This document shows, piece after piece, positions 1 to 9,581 of a DNA stretch of 49,196 nt. The stretch's first letter is position 1; every line of letters begins with the position of its first letter. The translations under genes and the position numbers were made by a program. Under the pieces are notes generated by a model. The model had not been told where the DNA came from. It saw only the letters and a program-made list of their open reading frames with translations, and did not search any database. Location of the stretch: the NCBI GenBank assembly GCA_964593575.1, contig CAZQJD010000001.1, forward strand, positions 1 through 49,196, given 5' to 3'. Source of the DNA: an uncultured Oscillibacter sp. Its GTDB lineage: Bacteria; Bacillota; Clostridia; Oscillospirales; Oscillospiraceae.

Positions 1-54
1 GCCGAACGGCACACTCGGTGGTGTGAGAGGGGCGGAAAACCGCCCCTACTCGAT
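1..54 (+). mobile_element. Group II intron (class IIC) 3' end: distal domain V and domain VI, truncated by window edge
   Basis: GCCGAACGGC-AC-ACTCGGTGG-TGTGAGAGGGGCGG-AAAA-CCGCCCCTACTCGAT matches the IIC pattern: DV GAAC loop, AC bulge, GGTGGTGTGAGAG linker, DVI hairpin with bulged A, terminal AT. Confidence 0.88.
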
Positions 55-1532
55 TATAGAATGATACAGATTAAGCCGCCGCTTCCCTCATTGATGATGC
101 GCGTCAGTGTTTCCTGCAGCTTTGTTCGGGCATCCTCTGGCATACGGTGCAGCTTATTCTGCAGATCATCGCTGACAAGTTCATGAAAGCTGCGTCCAAA
201 AATATTGGATTGCCAGATCTTGCCCGCATCCCCTTCAAACTCCTGAAGAAGATAGTTCACCATATCCTCGGACTGCTTTTCATTGCCGACGATTGGCGAG
301 ACTGCAGTTTCGATATCGGCCCGAATCATATGAATGGACGGTGCGCTGGCTTTTAAACGGACTCCGTAGCGTCCTCCCTGCCGGACGATTTCCGGTTCTT
401 CCAGTTTCAATTCGGAAATACCCGGGATCACGATTCCGTAGCCGGTTTCCCGTACATCACGCAGCGCATCCGCTACTTTGTCATATTCGTTTTTGACGGT
501 AGCCAACGAGGTCAGAAGGCACATCAAATCACCGTCATCTGCGACACGGAAGCCGGATTGCTCGGATAGCGTATGATAAAACAGTTCGCGCGGTAGTAGC
601 AGCTCCGCCGAGGCGATGCCTGTTCCGAGGTCAATGCTCATAATTTTAGCAGAACGAATGCTGTCGGATTGATCCAGCGCCTGGATGACACCCTCAACTT
701 CACGAATGTGACGCAGCGTACACGCCGTTTCCCTTACCGCAGCATAGACTCCGCTTTTGATGGGATGCTCAGCAGGCAGCGCATCTACCCATGGCGGCAA
801 AAACAGATCCAGCTCCTGCATAGGAAATTCATACAGAACTGCTTTCAGAATGGCTTCCACATCCTGCTCGTTCAGATCCAGACAATTTACCGGCAGGCAA
901 TTGATCGCATACCGTTCGCGGATCTCACGGCTGATCGCCTGCGCTCGTGTGCTGAGAGGGTCCGATGTGTTCATGAGAACAATAAAAGGCTTACCCAGTT
1001 CCTGCAGCTCGCGAATGACCCGTTCCTCTGCATCCACATAATCTTCTCTCGGAATCTCCGATATGCTGCCGTCTGTCGTGACAACGATACCGATGGTGGA
1101 ATGCTCGGCAATCACTTTGCGTGTGCCGATTTCAGCGGCCTGAGTCATAGGGATCTCATAATCAAACCACGGTGTGGTCACCATACGCGGCGCATCATTT
1201 TCAAATTGACCGATGGCACCTGTTACCATATACCCAACACAGTCAATGAGTCGAACAGAAAACGCCGCACCGTCATCCAACTGGATCTGTACTGCTTCTT
1301 CCGGTACAAATTTGGGTTCTGCGGTCATGATCGTTCTTCCTGATCCGCTCTGTGGTAGTTCATCACGTGCGCGCTCTTTGCGGTAAACGTTATCAATATT
1401 GGGAATTACCTGTGTCTCCATAAACCGTTTGATAAAGGTAGATTTCCCGGTGCGCACCGGCCCAACAACACCGATGTAAATATCTCCGGCAGTTCGCGTA
1501 GCAATGCTTTGATAAATGGAGGTGTTTGTCAT
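54..1532 (-). CDS. spoIVA: Stage IV sporulation protein A (spore coat ATPase)
   Basis: IYIGVVGPVRTGKSTFIKRF Walker A; C-terminal NEGSGGLICIIL; 492 aa. Confidence 0.98.
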   Translation of the reverse strand: MTNTSIYQSIATRTAGDIYIGVVGPVRTGKSTFIKRFMETQVIPNIDNVYRKERARDELPQSGSGRTIMTAEPKFVPEEAVQIQLDDGAAFSVRLIDCVGYMVTGAIGQFENDAPRMVTTPWFDYEIPMTQAAEIGTRKVIAEHSTIGIVVTTDGSISEIPREDYVDAEERVIRELQELGKPFIVLMNTSDPLSTRAQAISREIRERYAINCLPVNCLDLNEQDVEAILKAVLYEFPMQELDLFLPPWVDALPAEHPIKSGVYAAVRETACTLRHIREVEGVIQALDQSDSIRSAKIMSIDLGTGIASAELLLPRELFYHTLSEQSGFRVADDGDLMCLLTSLATVKNEYDKVADALRDVRETGYGIVIPGISELKLEEPEIVRQGGRYGVRLKASAPSIHMIRADIETAVSPIVGNEKQSEDMVNYLLQEFEGDAGKIWQSNIFGRSFHELVSDDLQNKLHRMPEDARTKLQETLTRIINEGSGGLICIIL

Positions 1533-1564
1533 ATCATCCCATCCTTTTTGGTCCTCAGTCTTGT

Positions 1565-3103
1565 TCAGCGTTTTTTAGGGATCAGAAGCAGCCGATCACG
1601 CGGGATCTCCTCTTCCCCATTCAAACCGTTGGCAGCAAGAATATCCACAGTAGTGGTATTGTGTTGCTTTGCCAGCGTCCAGAGATCCTGGTCCTCTCCA
1701 AGTCCCCGCAGAACCAACGACGGTGAACCGGAAAGATCTTTTGGATGATCTGAAAGAAGTTTCACTGCAGATATGCAGATATTCTTTCTGCGGATAACCA
1801 ATTGAATCTGAAATTCCACTGGGAAACGGACCTCGATCCCGCGGTCACCCAAACTACCCTGTGCATCTTCCGGACAGCACGAACGCGCACTGATATAACA
1901 GTCTTCAGGCAAATCCAGATGACAAACCGCATCCACACAGCGTTCTGCCACCAGCGGAACACCACCTTCGTCCAGATACAAGGCCCGGATGGTAACACCA
2001 GTTCGCAGAACTGTATGATCCCCTTCCCTGCCAACAGTGACACTCCCGCAGAAGGTATGGAGCGACAGCAGCGAATCCGCCACCACGCCAACTTCCAGTA
2101 CCTCACGGACTGTCTGACGGCGGGTAAGGATATCCGCACGTTCTGTCAGCACAATGGGTTCGGCCTCATAGGTGAGGTCGTAGGAAGTGCTGTAGATATC
2201 CTTGATAAGAGGGATCGTTTGTTCCTGTCGCAGCAGCGCAATGGTGTGGAGATATAGTGTTACGGCAATACGGCGACCGTCTTGATCTCCGGAGCCGCTG
2301 ACCTGAATATCTGTCCCCGTGAACTGCAACTGCGCCGAACACAAAGTATTTTCACTGACACCATTGACTTCTATGATCTGTGAGAATGGCAATTCTCCGC
2401 TGGTAGAGCAGCAACGTCCGCTGACAGAACGGTACAGCAAGTCAACACGAAACAGGCCTTTTAAAATCAATTTATTTCCAACAATTTTGTCATCTGTGAT
2501 CAGCGCGGATGCGCGATTCGTCAGGATCTCTGCAACGCCCTCTTTTCCGGGAGACAAGTCCATTTCATCTGAAAATGTAAAATCTTTTTCTGCCAACTGC
2601 GTCAGCATGGAAACATGCTGCGCTTCCAGCTTTTTCTCCAGGCAAAGCTCTGGTGATGCATTCACATCTGCAGAAATATTCAGCGGCTGTTTCCGATATC
2701 CCGTCAGACGAAGGATCAGTTTACAGCGAGTGAAAACCTTGCGCGGGTTGAGCACACGTGTCTCAAGGCATTCAATTTCCGCTGTTGCAGACAAAAAAAC
2801 ACAGTCTGTCATGGCCCGTCCATCCGTTTCTGAAGAAAAGGGCATTGCAAACTCCAATGTCCTGATGCCGCTTTCGCCATCCGGCGTGTATAGTACTGTG
2901 ATCTTGACTGTACCGGACACCTCGCCTTTTCCGTCGCGTAATTCGCGACTGTGCAGGAAAACCTTGCCTTCCGTATCAATGATCCTGGCTATGTCCGGAC
3001 AATAGTCCGGTACAATGGTATCTGCAGTTTCCTCTTGGGTGAAAACCTGTTCAGCACCAATGTCAAAACCGTCCAGATGCGTTGTTTTCAGCTCAAGTTC
3101 CAT
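1565..3103 (-). CDS. sipL: SPOCS (DUF3794) repeat plus C-terminal LysM coat morphogenetic protein, SipL-like
   Basis: IVPDYCPDIARI SPOCS motif and repeated ..LY/F..LPF units; C-terminal LysM (DLWTLAKQHNTT..ILAANGL..LLIPK); adjacent to spoIVA. Confidence 0.8.
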   Translation of the reverse strand: MELELKTTHLDGFDIGAEQVFTQEETADTIVPDYCPDIARIIDTEGKVFLHSRELRDGKGEVSGTVKITVLYTPDGESGIRTLEFAMPFSSETDGRAMTDCVFLSATAEIECLETRVLNPRKVFTRCKLILRLTGYRKQPLNISADVNASPELCLEKKLEAQHVSMLTQLAEKDFTFSDEMDLSPGKEGVAEILTNRASALITDDKIVGNKLILKGLFRVDLLYRSVSGRCCSTSGELPFSQIIEVNGVSENTLCSAQLQFTGTDIQVSGSGDQDGRRIAVTLYLHTIALLRQEQTIPLIKDIYSTSYDLTYEAEPIVLTERADILTRRQTVREVLEVGVVADSLLSLHTFCGSVTVGREGDHTVLRTGVTIRALYLDEGGVPLVAERCVDAVCHLDLPEDCYISARSCCPEDAQGSLGDRGIEVRFPVEFQIQLVIRRKNICISAVKLLSDHPKDLSGSPSLVLRGLGEDQDLWTLAKQHNTTTVDILAANGLNGEEEIPRDRLLLIPKKR

Positions 3104-3141
3104 CTATTATCATCCTTTCCCTTTGAAACATTATCTGTCCT

Positions 3142-3170
3142 ACCCTATGAAAAGACCCAGCCGGTTATGC
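3142..3170 (-). promoter_or_regulatory. Putative sigmaE promoter for sipL-spoIVA
   Basis: Minus strand GC-ATA-N16-CATAGGGT matches sigmaE consensus ATA-N16/18-CATAnnnT; the downstream genes are typically sigmaE-controlled. Confidence 0.6.
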
Positions 3171-3196
3171 CTGAAACGAGACACAACCGGCTGGGT
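3151..3196 (-). terminator. Intrinsic terminator after spoVM, overlapping the sigmaE -35
   Basis: 12-bp inverted repeat ACCCAGCCGGTT (3155-3166) / AACCGGCTGGGT (3185-3196), followed by CTTTT on the minus strand. Confidence 0.65.
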
Positions 3197-3202
3197 TCAG
3201 TA

Positions 3203-3277
3203 TCAGTTTGTGATTTTGAAGAGCCGACGTAAAAGCCCCCTCAAGGCCTTCGGAGATTTCCAGATAACAATCTGCAT
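3203..3277 (-). CDS. spoVM: SpoVM-like 24-aa amphipathic peptide (absent from the ORF track)
   Basis: Hand translation MQIVIWKSPKALRGLLRRLFKITN: Pro9 and amphipathic helix as in SpoVM; RBS GAAAGGGG; downstream of rsgA as in other Firmicutes. Confidence 0.8.
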   Translation of the reverse strand: MQIVIWKSPKALRGLLRRLFKITN

Positions 3278-3297
3278 AACAAAACCCCTTTCTATCC

Positions 3298-3450
3298 TCA
3301 GAATCTACAGCAGGCACATCCGCAGGCAATCAACAGAAATGCCACGAGAAACAACAGTGCGCCCACCGGAAAAATGGCAGAAATCAGGATCCCCGCCCCC
3401 AGCGCTACCGCAAAAATCCCTAAAATCCGACTCCCGCCTCTTCCAAACAC
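3298..3450 (-). CDS. Small (~50 aa) two-TM membrane protein upstream of spoVM
   Basis: GTG start after AAGGGTG; hydrophobic VFGRGGSRILGIFAVALGAGILISAIFPVGALLFLVAFLLIACGCACCRF. Confidence 0.6.
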   Translation of the reverse strand: MFGRGGSRILGIFAVALGAGILISAIFPVGALLFLVAFLLIACGCACCRF

Positions 3451-3507
3451 AGCAGTCACACCCTTTCCTTGATACAGTATATACACGGATCGCCTGTCTG
3501 GAAACCA

Positions 3508-3534
3508 GAAAGCCGCCGGACACCGGCGGCTTTC
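3508..3534 (-). terminator. Intrinsic terminator after rsgA
   Basis: GAAAGCCGCCGG-ACA-CCGGCGGCTTTC hairpin immediately after the rsgA stop. Confidence 0.75.
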
Positions 3535-3537
3535 CAA

Positions 3538-4431
3538 TTACTTTTTTCGGTTTTTGACTTCCCACTCCTGAAGCGGCTTCAGCTCTTCATACAGACGCAG
3601 ATAACTCTGGTGACGACTGGGATGAATCATTCCGCTCCGGAGCGCCCTCAATACGGCACAGCCTTTTTCCTTGGTATGGTTGCAGCCAACAAACTGACAG
3701 TCATTCAGATAAGGAAGAAACTCCGTAAAGGTTTCCGGCAGCCGGCGCTTCAGTTCCAGATTCAGTTCCGCTGTTTCAAAGGACGAGAATCCCGGAGAAT
3801 CCATTACCTCTGCGCCGCAGTCAAGCCGAAACAGCTCCACATGGCGAGTGGTGTGCCGGCCACGCCCTAACGCCAGGCTGATCTCGCCTGTTTTCAGGTC
3901 AAAACGAGAATCCAGCGTGTTCAGGATACTGGATTTTCCTACGCCAGAGTTACCTGTAAAGGCAGAAACCTTGCCGGATATCAGTTTCTTCAATTCCACC
4001 ATTCCTTCCCCGGTAGCAGCGCTGACACGAAGAATTGGGATGCTGGATGCTGTGTAGATTTCATAGAGTTCATCGGCACGGCTTAAATCGCTCTTGTTCA
4101 GCAGAACGAGAACTTCGCAGCCCTTCAAGGTGGCCAGCGATGCGATACGGTCGATCAGAAAGGGCTCTGTTTTCGGAATCGCGCCGGATGCTATGATGAC
4201 CAATTGGTCGATATTGGCCACCGCAGGGCGATCAAAGGCGTTTTTCCGCGGGAGGATGCGTTCGACGTACCCTTCATCAGAGCTGATCTCACGGATCTCC
4301 ACCAAGTCACCTACCAACGGAGAAATGCCCTCTTTGCGGAACTTTCCGCGTGCCCGGCAGGTGAGCAGAACGCCATCACAGTCCACGTAGTAGAAGCCGC
4401 TCAGGGCTTTCATGATCCTTCCCTGCATCAT
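3538..4431 (-). CDS. rsgA: Small ribosomal subunit-dependent GTPase A
   Basis: NKSD, GNSGVGKS, RGRHTT, DSPG and C-terminal C-x4-C-x-H-x5-C zinc site. Confidence 0.97.
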   Translation of the reverse strand: MMQGRIMKALSGFYYVDCDGVLLTCRARGKFRKEGISPLVGDLVEIREISSDEGYVERILPRKNAFDRPAVANIDQLVIIASGAIPKTEPFLIDRIASLATLKGCEVLVLLNKSDLSRADELYEIYTASSIPILRVSAATGEGMVELKKLISGKVSAFTGNSGVGKSSILNTLDSRFDLKTGEISLALGRGRHTTRHVELFRLDCGAEVMDSPGFSSFETAELNLELKRRLPETFTEFLPYLNDCQFVGCNHTKEKGCAVLRALRSGMIHPSRHQSYLRLYEELKPLQEWEVKNRKK

Positions 4432-6416
4432 TCAAATTGCTGCGGAAAGGTAGCCTGCAGAATGCCGTCCCAATAATACGAAACATCCTGCATTCCGATA
4501 CCCTTCAAAGTAACCAGAATGAAGCCCTGGCTGCAGTCTGTGACTTGGTCATAAAACGGAATACCAGCAACCTCTACCCGCAGCATTACCGTTGCACGGT
4601 CTGTAGGCAATGGGATTCCAATTTCCATCTCAAATTCCGGCTGAATACCGGTGCTGACAATAAAATCAATGTCCGTTCCAACATCTACCACTTCCAGGTC
4701 AGGGATACTCTGGTCAAGAATGATGCCAGCTTCCTTGTCACTGTCCTGATAGGTAATGACACCATTTGTGCCAAGATTCCACGGATCCACCAGCTGCGTC
4801 AGAACACGGTCAATATTCTGGCCAACGAAGTTGGGAACCACCGTAGTTTCCGGCCCCTTGCTGATAAACAGAGTGATCGTATCACCCTTGTTCAGAACCG
4901 TACCAGCGGCAGGCCTGGAGTCCATGACGTATCCCTTATTATATTCGTTGGAGAATTCGCTCGCTGTCTCCAGAATCAGGCCATACGCTTCAATGATGTC
5001 TTTCAAAATCACTTTTTCAGCCTGACGGGCCTCCTGACCAATCACAGAGGGCATTACTCCACTGGCGGGCCCCTTACTGACAACTACATTGATGATCAGG
5101 CCACTCTTCTTTTCAGTGCCCTGAGAGGGATCCTGCTGCATGATCACACCAGCAGGAATGGTATCATCAAAGAGTTTTTCTTCAATCTTGATCTCAAAAA
5201 TGTCCTGAACAGCCGGGAGCTGCTGCGCTTGCTCCACGGTATGGCCAACTACATACGGTACCGTGTAAATAGGCGTTTCTGTAACATATGCACCAAAGGA
5301 ACTGAAGACAAATCTAAGCAGCAGTGCCAGTGCCAGCAAGCCGGTAACAATGCCGGCCAGCATCAGCAAAATGCGCCCCCAGATGGGATTGATGCGCGGA
5401 TAGTCATCCTCATCGTCCTCTTCTTCATCATCGTCTTCACCGCTGTTATTGCCAGCCCCGTCTTCCTCATCTTCCTCTGCGGAATGCTTCGGCTGCATGG
5501 ACTGTTTGGCGGTGACAGCAGAGATGGGACGTGTCGGCTCATCTTCCTCATCCGGATGAAGGTCTCCTTTGTCGAAATTCAGCGTCACATCAGGGTTTTT
5601 ACGGAAAAACTCCAGATCGGCAATCATTTCCTCTGCAGAAGCATAGCGGCGCTCAGCATCGGCAGACATAGCCTTCATGCAAATCAGCTCCAGCTGTTCC
5701 GGAATATCTTCATTGATATCACGGGGCGCCAGCGGGATAGAACTGAGATGCTGGATCGCCACAGAGACAGCCGAATCGCCTTCAAAGGGCAGACGGCTGG
5801 TAAGCATCTCATAGAGAACAACACCTGCAGAGTAAATATCAGAACGTGCGCTGCTGCGCTCGCCGCGCGCTTGCTCAGGAGAAATATAGTGAACGGAACC
5901 CAGAGCCTCCTGCGTCAGCGTTTGCGCGGAATTCCCAAGACAGGCAATTCCGAAGTCTGTCACTTTCAGACTTCCGTCACGCAAAACCATCATGTTTTGC
6001 GGCTTGATATCGCGATGGACGACGCCGCGGCTGTGTGCATGCTGAAGGGCGCGCATAATCTGTGTAATGAAGTGAAGCGACTCGCGCCAGCTGAGCTGAC
6101 CGCGTTTTTCCATATACTGCTTGAGGGTAATGCCATCCATCAGCTCCATGACAATGTACTCAACATCGCCGCCTTTGGAAACATCGTAAACAGAAACAAT
6201 ATTGGGATGAGAAAGCAGCGCTACAGCTTGTGACTCCGTATTAAAACGGCGACGGAAATCAGCGTCCTGCGCAAGATCACTCTTTAGGATTTTAACCGCT
6301 ACCAATCGGTTCAGATAATGACATTTTGCCTTGTACACCATTGCCATGCCACCGGTACCAATGCGTTCGAGAATCTCATAGCGGTTCCCCAAGGTTTTTC
6401 CAATATACGGATCCAT
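4428..6416 (-). CDS. pknB: PASTA-domain Ser/Thr kinase (Stk1/PrkC family)
   Basis: IGTGGMA, HRDIKPQN, DFG, SPEQARG; TM helix; about 3 PASTA repeats. Confidence 0.96.
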   Translation of the reverse strand: MDPYIGKTLGNRYEILERIGTGGMAMVYKAKCHYLNRLVAVKILKSDLAQDADFRRRFNTESQAVALLSHPNIVSVYDVSKGGDVEYIVMELMDGITLKQYMEKRGQLSWRESLHFITQIMRALQHAHSRGVVHRDIKPQNMMVLRDGSLKVTDFGIACLGNSAQTLTQEALGSVHYISPEQARGERSSARSDIYSAGVVLYEMLTSRLPFEGDSAVSVAIQHLSSIPLAPRDINEDIPEQLELICMKAMSADAERRYASAEEMIADLEFFRKNPDVTLNFDKGDLHPDEEDEPTRPISAVTAKQSMQPKHSAEEDEEDGAGNNSGEDDDEEEDDEDDYPRINPIWGRILLMLAGIVTGLLALALLLRFVFSSFGAYVTETPIYTVPYVVGHTVEQAQQLPAVQDIFEIKIEEKLFDDTIPAGVIMQQDPSQGTEKKSGLIINVVVSKGPASGVMPSVIGQEARQAEKVILKDIIEAYGLILETASEFSNEYNKGYVMDSRPAAGTVLNKGDTITLFISKGPETTVVPNFVGQNIDRVLTQLVDPWNLGTNGVITYQDSDKEAGIILDQSIPDLEVVDVGTDIDFIVSTGIQPEFEMEIGIPLPTDRATVMLRVEVAGIPFYDQVTDCSQGFILVTLKGIGMQDVSYYWDGILQATFPQQFE

Positions 6417-7166
6417 TTATACCCCTCCTTTCTCTTCGTATAGCAATACCGCTGTAATATTGTCCGGCGCACCGTTCGCCTTGGCAATGGTGAGAAGCCG
6501 CTGCAGGCAGGTTTCCGCCGGACCGCTATGAACGATCTCAAATAGGATCTCCTGATCGGTCACAGTGTCTACAAGGCCATCTGTACACAACAGGATATAT
6601 TCGCCGGGCTTCAATGCGGTTATGTAGCTGTCGCAGACAGTGCCTGCATCAGGCCCCAAAGCCCTGGTGATCAGATTGCGATTGGGATGTCTCCGCGCTT
6701 CTTCTACGGTAATATCTCCGCGTTCCACCATGCGCTCCACCAGAGAATGGTCTTTTGTAATTCTTACAATATCTTCATCAAAAATGTGATAGGCACGACT
6801 GTCACCGACGTTTGACACGACAACGCTTCCGCCCTTTGCAATGACAGAAACCAATGTGGTTCCCATACCTCGACATTCCTCATGCTGTGCAGCATATTCA
6901 CGAATCGCTTTATTGGCAAGGGTAACGGAATAAGACGCCATTTCCTGAAGCTGTTCTGCAGAGGCATCTGCGGTCAAAACACTCTGCAAGCTTTGCAAAA
7001 AGGTCTCCACCGCAATACTGCTGGCCAATCCTCCAGCTGCCGCCCCCCCCATACCATCACATACAACGCAGATGGTATGTCCACTGTCAGCCTGTTCAAT
7101 CACGCCATATGAGTCCTGATTATCCCTGCGTACAAGACCGGTATCGGTGATTTTCCAGATTTTCAA
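6417..7166 (-). CDS. stp: PP2C-type Ser/Thr phosphatase
   Basis: RRDNQD, VCDGMGG, VGDSR, LCTDGL, DNIT; upstream of pknB. Confidence 0.95.
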   Translation of the reverse strand: MKIWKITDTGLVRRDNQDSYGVIEQADSGHTICVVCDGMGGAAAGGLASSIAVETFLQSLQSVLTADASAEQLQEMASYSVTLANKAIREYAAQHEECRGMGTTLVSVIAKGGSVVVSNVGDSRAYHIFDEDIVRITKDHSLVERMVERGDITVEEARRHPNRNLITRALGPDAGTVCDSYITALKPGEYILLCTDGLVDTVTDQEILFEIVHSGPAETCLQRLLTIAKANGAPDNITAVLLYEEKGGV

Positions 7167-8206
7167 GAAGGCCTCTCTCCTTTCCGTTGCTCTTCCATGG
7201 CTTTCCGGCGCAGCTGTCCACAGGACGCATCAATATCACCGCCCAGACTGCGCCGTACCGTGGCGGTAACACCATGAGATTCCAGTCGTTTCTGGAATGC
7301 TGCAATGCGTTTAGATGGTTTGTATGGGCTTTCCACAACATCGTTGAGTGGTATCAAATTCACGTGCCCAGGCATTCCTTTCAGCTTTTGTGCGATCAAA
7401 TCGGCTTGCCAATCCTGGTCGTTAACGCCATCTATCATAGAGTACTCAAAGGATATCCGACGCCCGGTTTTTCGGAAATAGCGGTGGCAGGCATCAAAAA
7501 GCGCATCCACATCGTAAGCGCGATTGACTGGCATGATTTTGCTGCGTGTCTGGGTATCCGGTGCATGGAGGGAAACGGACAGTGTCAGCTGCAGCCCCAG
7601 ATCTGCCAGCCGGTCAATGCCAGGAATGACGCCGCAGGTAGACAGAGAAATGTGACGCATTCCGATATTCAAGCCATCGGCATGATTGACCAATTCCAGA
7701 AAGCGGAGTACAGTATTCAGATTGTCCATGGGCTCACCGATTCCCATCAGAACGATGTTGGACACCGGAAGACCGGAATCCACCTGGGTGAACAATACCT
7801 GATCCAGCATCTCCGCGGGAGTCAGATCACGTACACGCCCCGCCACTGTAGAAGCACAGAATGCACAGCCCATGCGGCAGCCAACCTGCGATGAAATGCA
7901 GACAGTATTGCCGTGATGATACTGCATCAGAACGGTTTCAATGCAGTTTCCGTCCTGCAGTTCCCACAGGTATTTGATAGTGCCATCCATTTGGGAAACC
8001 TGCTTTCTGGCTACTTTGGGAGCAGTGATGAAGAAGTTCTCCTTCAGCTTCTCCCGAAGCACCTTGGAAAGATTGGTCATTTCATCAAAGGATGTCGCAC
8101 CTCTATGCAGCCAGGTAAACACCTGCTTACCCCGAAATGCGGGTTCGCCCAATTCCCGGAAAGCGGCTGTCATTTCCTCCTGCGTCATGGATTTTAAATC
8201 GATCAT
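7163..8206 (-). CDS. rlmN: 23S rRNA m2A2503 radical-SAM methyltransferase
   Basis: CxxxCxxC (GCRMGCAFC), MGIGEP, DIDASCGQL. Confidence 0.97.
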   Translation of the reverse strand: MIDLKSMTQEEMTAAFRELGEPAFRGKQVFTWLHRGATSFDEMTNLSKVLREKLKENFFITAPKVARKQVSQMDGTIKYLWELQDGNCIETVLMQYHHGNTVCISSQVGCRMGCAFCASTVAGRVRDLTPAEMLDQVLFTQVDSGLPVSNIVLMGIGEPMDNLNTVLRFLELVNHADGLNIGMRHISLSTCGVIPGIDRLADLGLQLTLSVSLHAPDTQTRSKIMPVNRAYDVDALFDACHRYFRKTGRRISFEYSMIDGVNDQDWQADLIAQKLKGMPGHVNLIPLNDVVESPYKPSKRIAAFQKRLESHGVTATVRRSLGGDIDASCGQLRRKAMEEQRKGERPS

Positions 8207-8246
8207 AAGGTATCCTTTCTGCTACCGCTTTCGCGGCAAGGGCAAC

Positions 8247-9581
8247 TCACTTCTGCCGACGTTTCATACGGCAGATATAAAAGCCATCCACATCATCCCG
8301 CTGCGGCCAAAAAGTGATCTGACCGTCCGTGATCTCCCGACCATCCGGCAGAACAAATCTCTCTCTGGAAAATTCAGGATATTCAGCAAGAAACGCATCG
8401 GTAATCTGTTGATTCTCCTCCGGCAGGATCGTACAGGTAGAGTATACCAACGTACCGCCCGGTTTAACATAGCCAGCAGCGTTCTCCAAAATTGCTGTCT
8501 GGATCACCGGCAGAGCAAACAGCTCGTTGGGATTTTTATAACGGATGTCCGGCTTTTTTCGGATAATGCCAAGACCAGAGCACGGAGCATCTACAATGAC
8601 AAGATCGGCACTGTCAACCCAATCCGGATCGGACACTCGGCCATCTGCAGCGGCTGTGCGAATGCAGCGGATACCCAACCGCTGAGCGCCTTCACGAATT
8701 CGCTTGAGTTTGTTCTCGTGCAGATCACAGGAGAGGATCTCTCCCTGATCCTGCATGGCAAATGCAGCAGCAAAGGACTTGCCGCCGGGAGCAGCACAAA
8801 CATCAATTACGCGCATACCGGGCAGCGGATGTGCTGCAGCAGTTACCAGATGCGCAGCGGCGTCCTGCACCAGAAATTCGCCATTTTGAAAGGTCTTCAG
8901 AGCCGACAGGTTTCCGGTGCCTGTCAATGTAAAGCATCCCGGAACCCAGGCGTGAGGAACCGCTTTCACGCCTTCCTCCGACAAGGCGAAAGCCAACGCT
9001 TCCGGTGTTGTGCGCAGCGGATTACATTGAACCGTTGTAGGGACCGCGTCGTTATTGGTACGTAAAAAGGCTTCCGTTTCCTTGGTTCCCAGAAGGGATA
9101 TGAGGCGCTTTATCAACCATTTTGGATGGCTAAATGTAATGGATAAATACTGTACAGCATCTTTCTCAGAGGGCTTTGGAAGGTTTTTCTTGTTCTGAAC
9201 CACCTTGCGCAGCACGGCATTTACAAGGCCGGCAGCCTGTGCACGCCCAAATTGCCGTGTCAGGTTTACAGACTCATTGACAGCAGCACTATCGGGAATT
9301 CTATCCAGAAAAACGATCTGATAAACACCCAAACGGAGAATATCCAGTAACGGGATCTGCAAATGTTCCGGTTTCTGCGTGCAGTATGCACCGATCCAGA
9401 AATCCAGAAGCATCCGGTTTTGCATTACGCCGTATACAAGTCGGGTGGCAAGCGCTGCCTCCGAACCAGAGAGCTGATCTCTTTCCAACTGAGCTTTCAG
9501 CGCGGCATCAGACCAAGCTGCCGCATTCCTTACCGACAGAAGAACACGCAAAGCACATTCTCGGGAAGTGACAGGTTTCAT
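8247..9581 (-). CDS. rsmB: 16S rRNA m5C967 methyltransferase
   Basis: NusB-like N-terminus; DVCAAPGGKS, DAPCSG, YSTCT. Confidence 0.96.
   Translation of the reverse strand: MKPVTSRECALRVLLSVRNAAAWSDAALKAQLERDQLSGSEAALATRLVYGVMQNRMLLDFWIGAYCTQKPEHLQIPLLDILRLGVYQIVFLDRIPDSAAVNESVNLTRQFGRAQAAGLVNAVLRKVVQNKKNLPKPSEKDAVQYLSITFSHPKWLIKRLISLLGTKETEAFLRTNNDAVPTTVQCNPLRTTPEALAFALSEEGVKAVPHAWVPGCFTLTGTGNLSALKTFQNGEFLVQDAAAHLVTAAAHPLPGMRVIDVCAAPGGKSFAAAFAMQDQGEILSCDLHENKLKRIREGAQRLGIRCIRTAAADGRVSDPDWVDSADLVIVDAPCSGLGIIRKKPDIRYKNPNELFALPVIQTAILENAAGYVKPGGTLVYSTCTILPEENQQITDAFLAEYPEFSRERFVLPDGREITDGQITFWPQRDDVDGFYICRMKRRQK

Noticed and set aside
5400..5480. TCA/TCC/TCT-rich repetitive tract
   Set aside because: Encodes the acidic juxtamembrane linker of PknB; not an independent repeat
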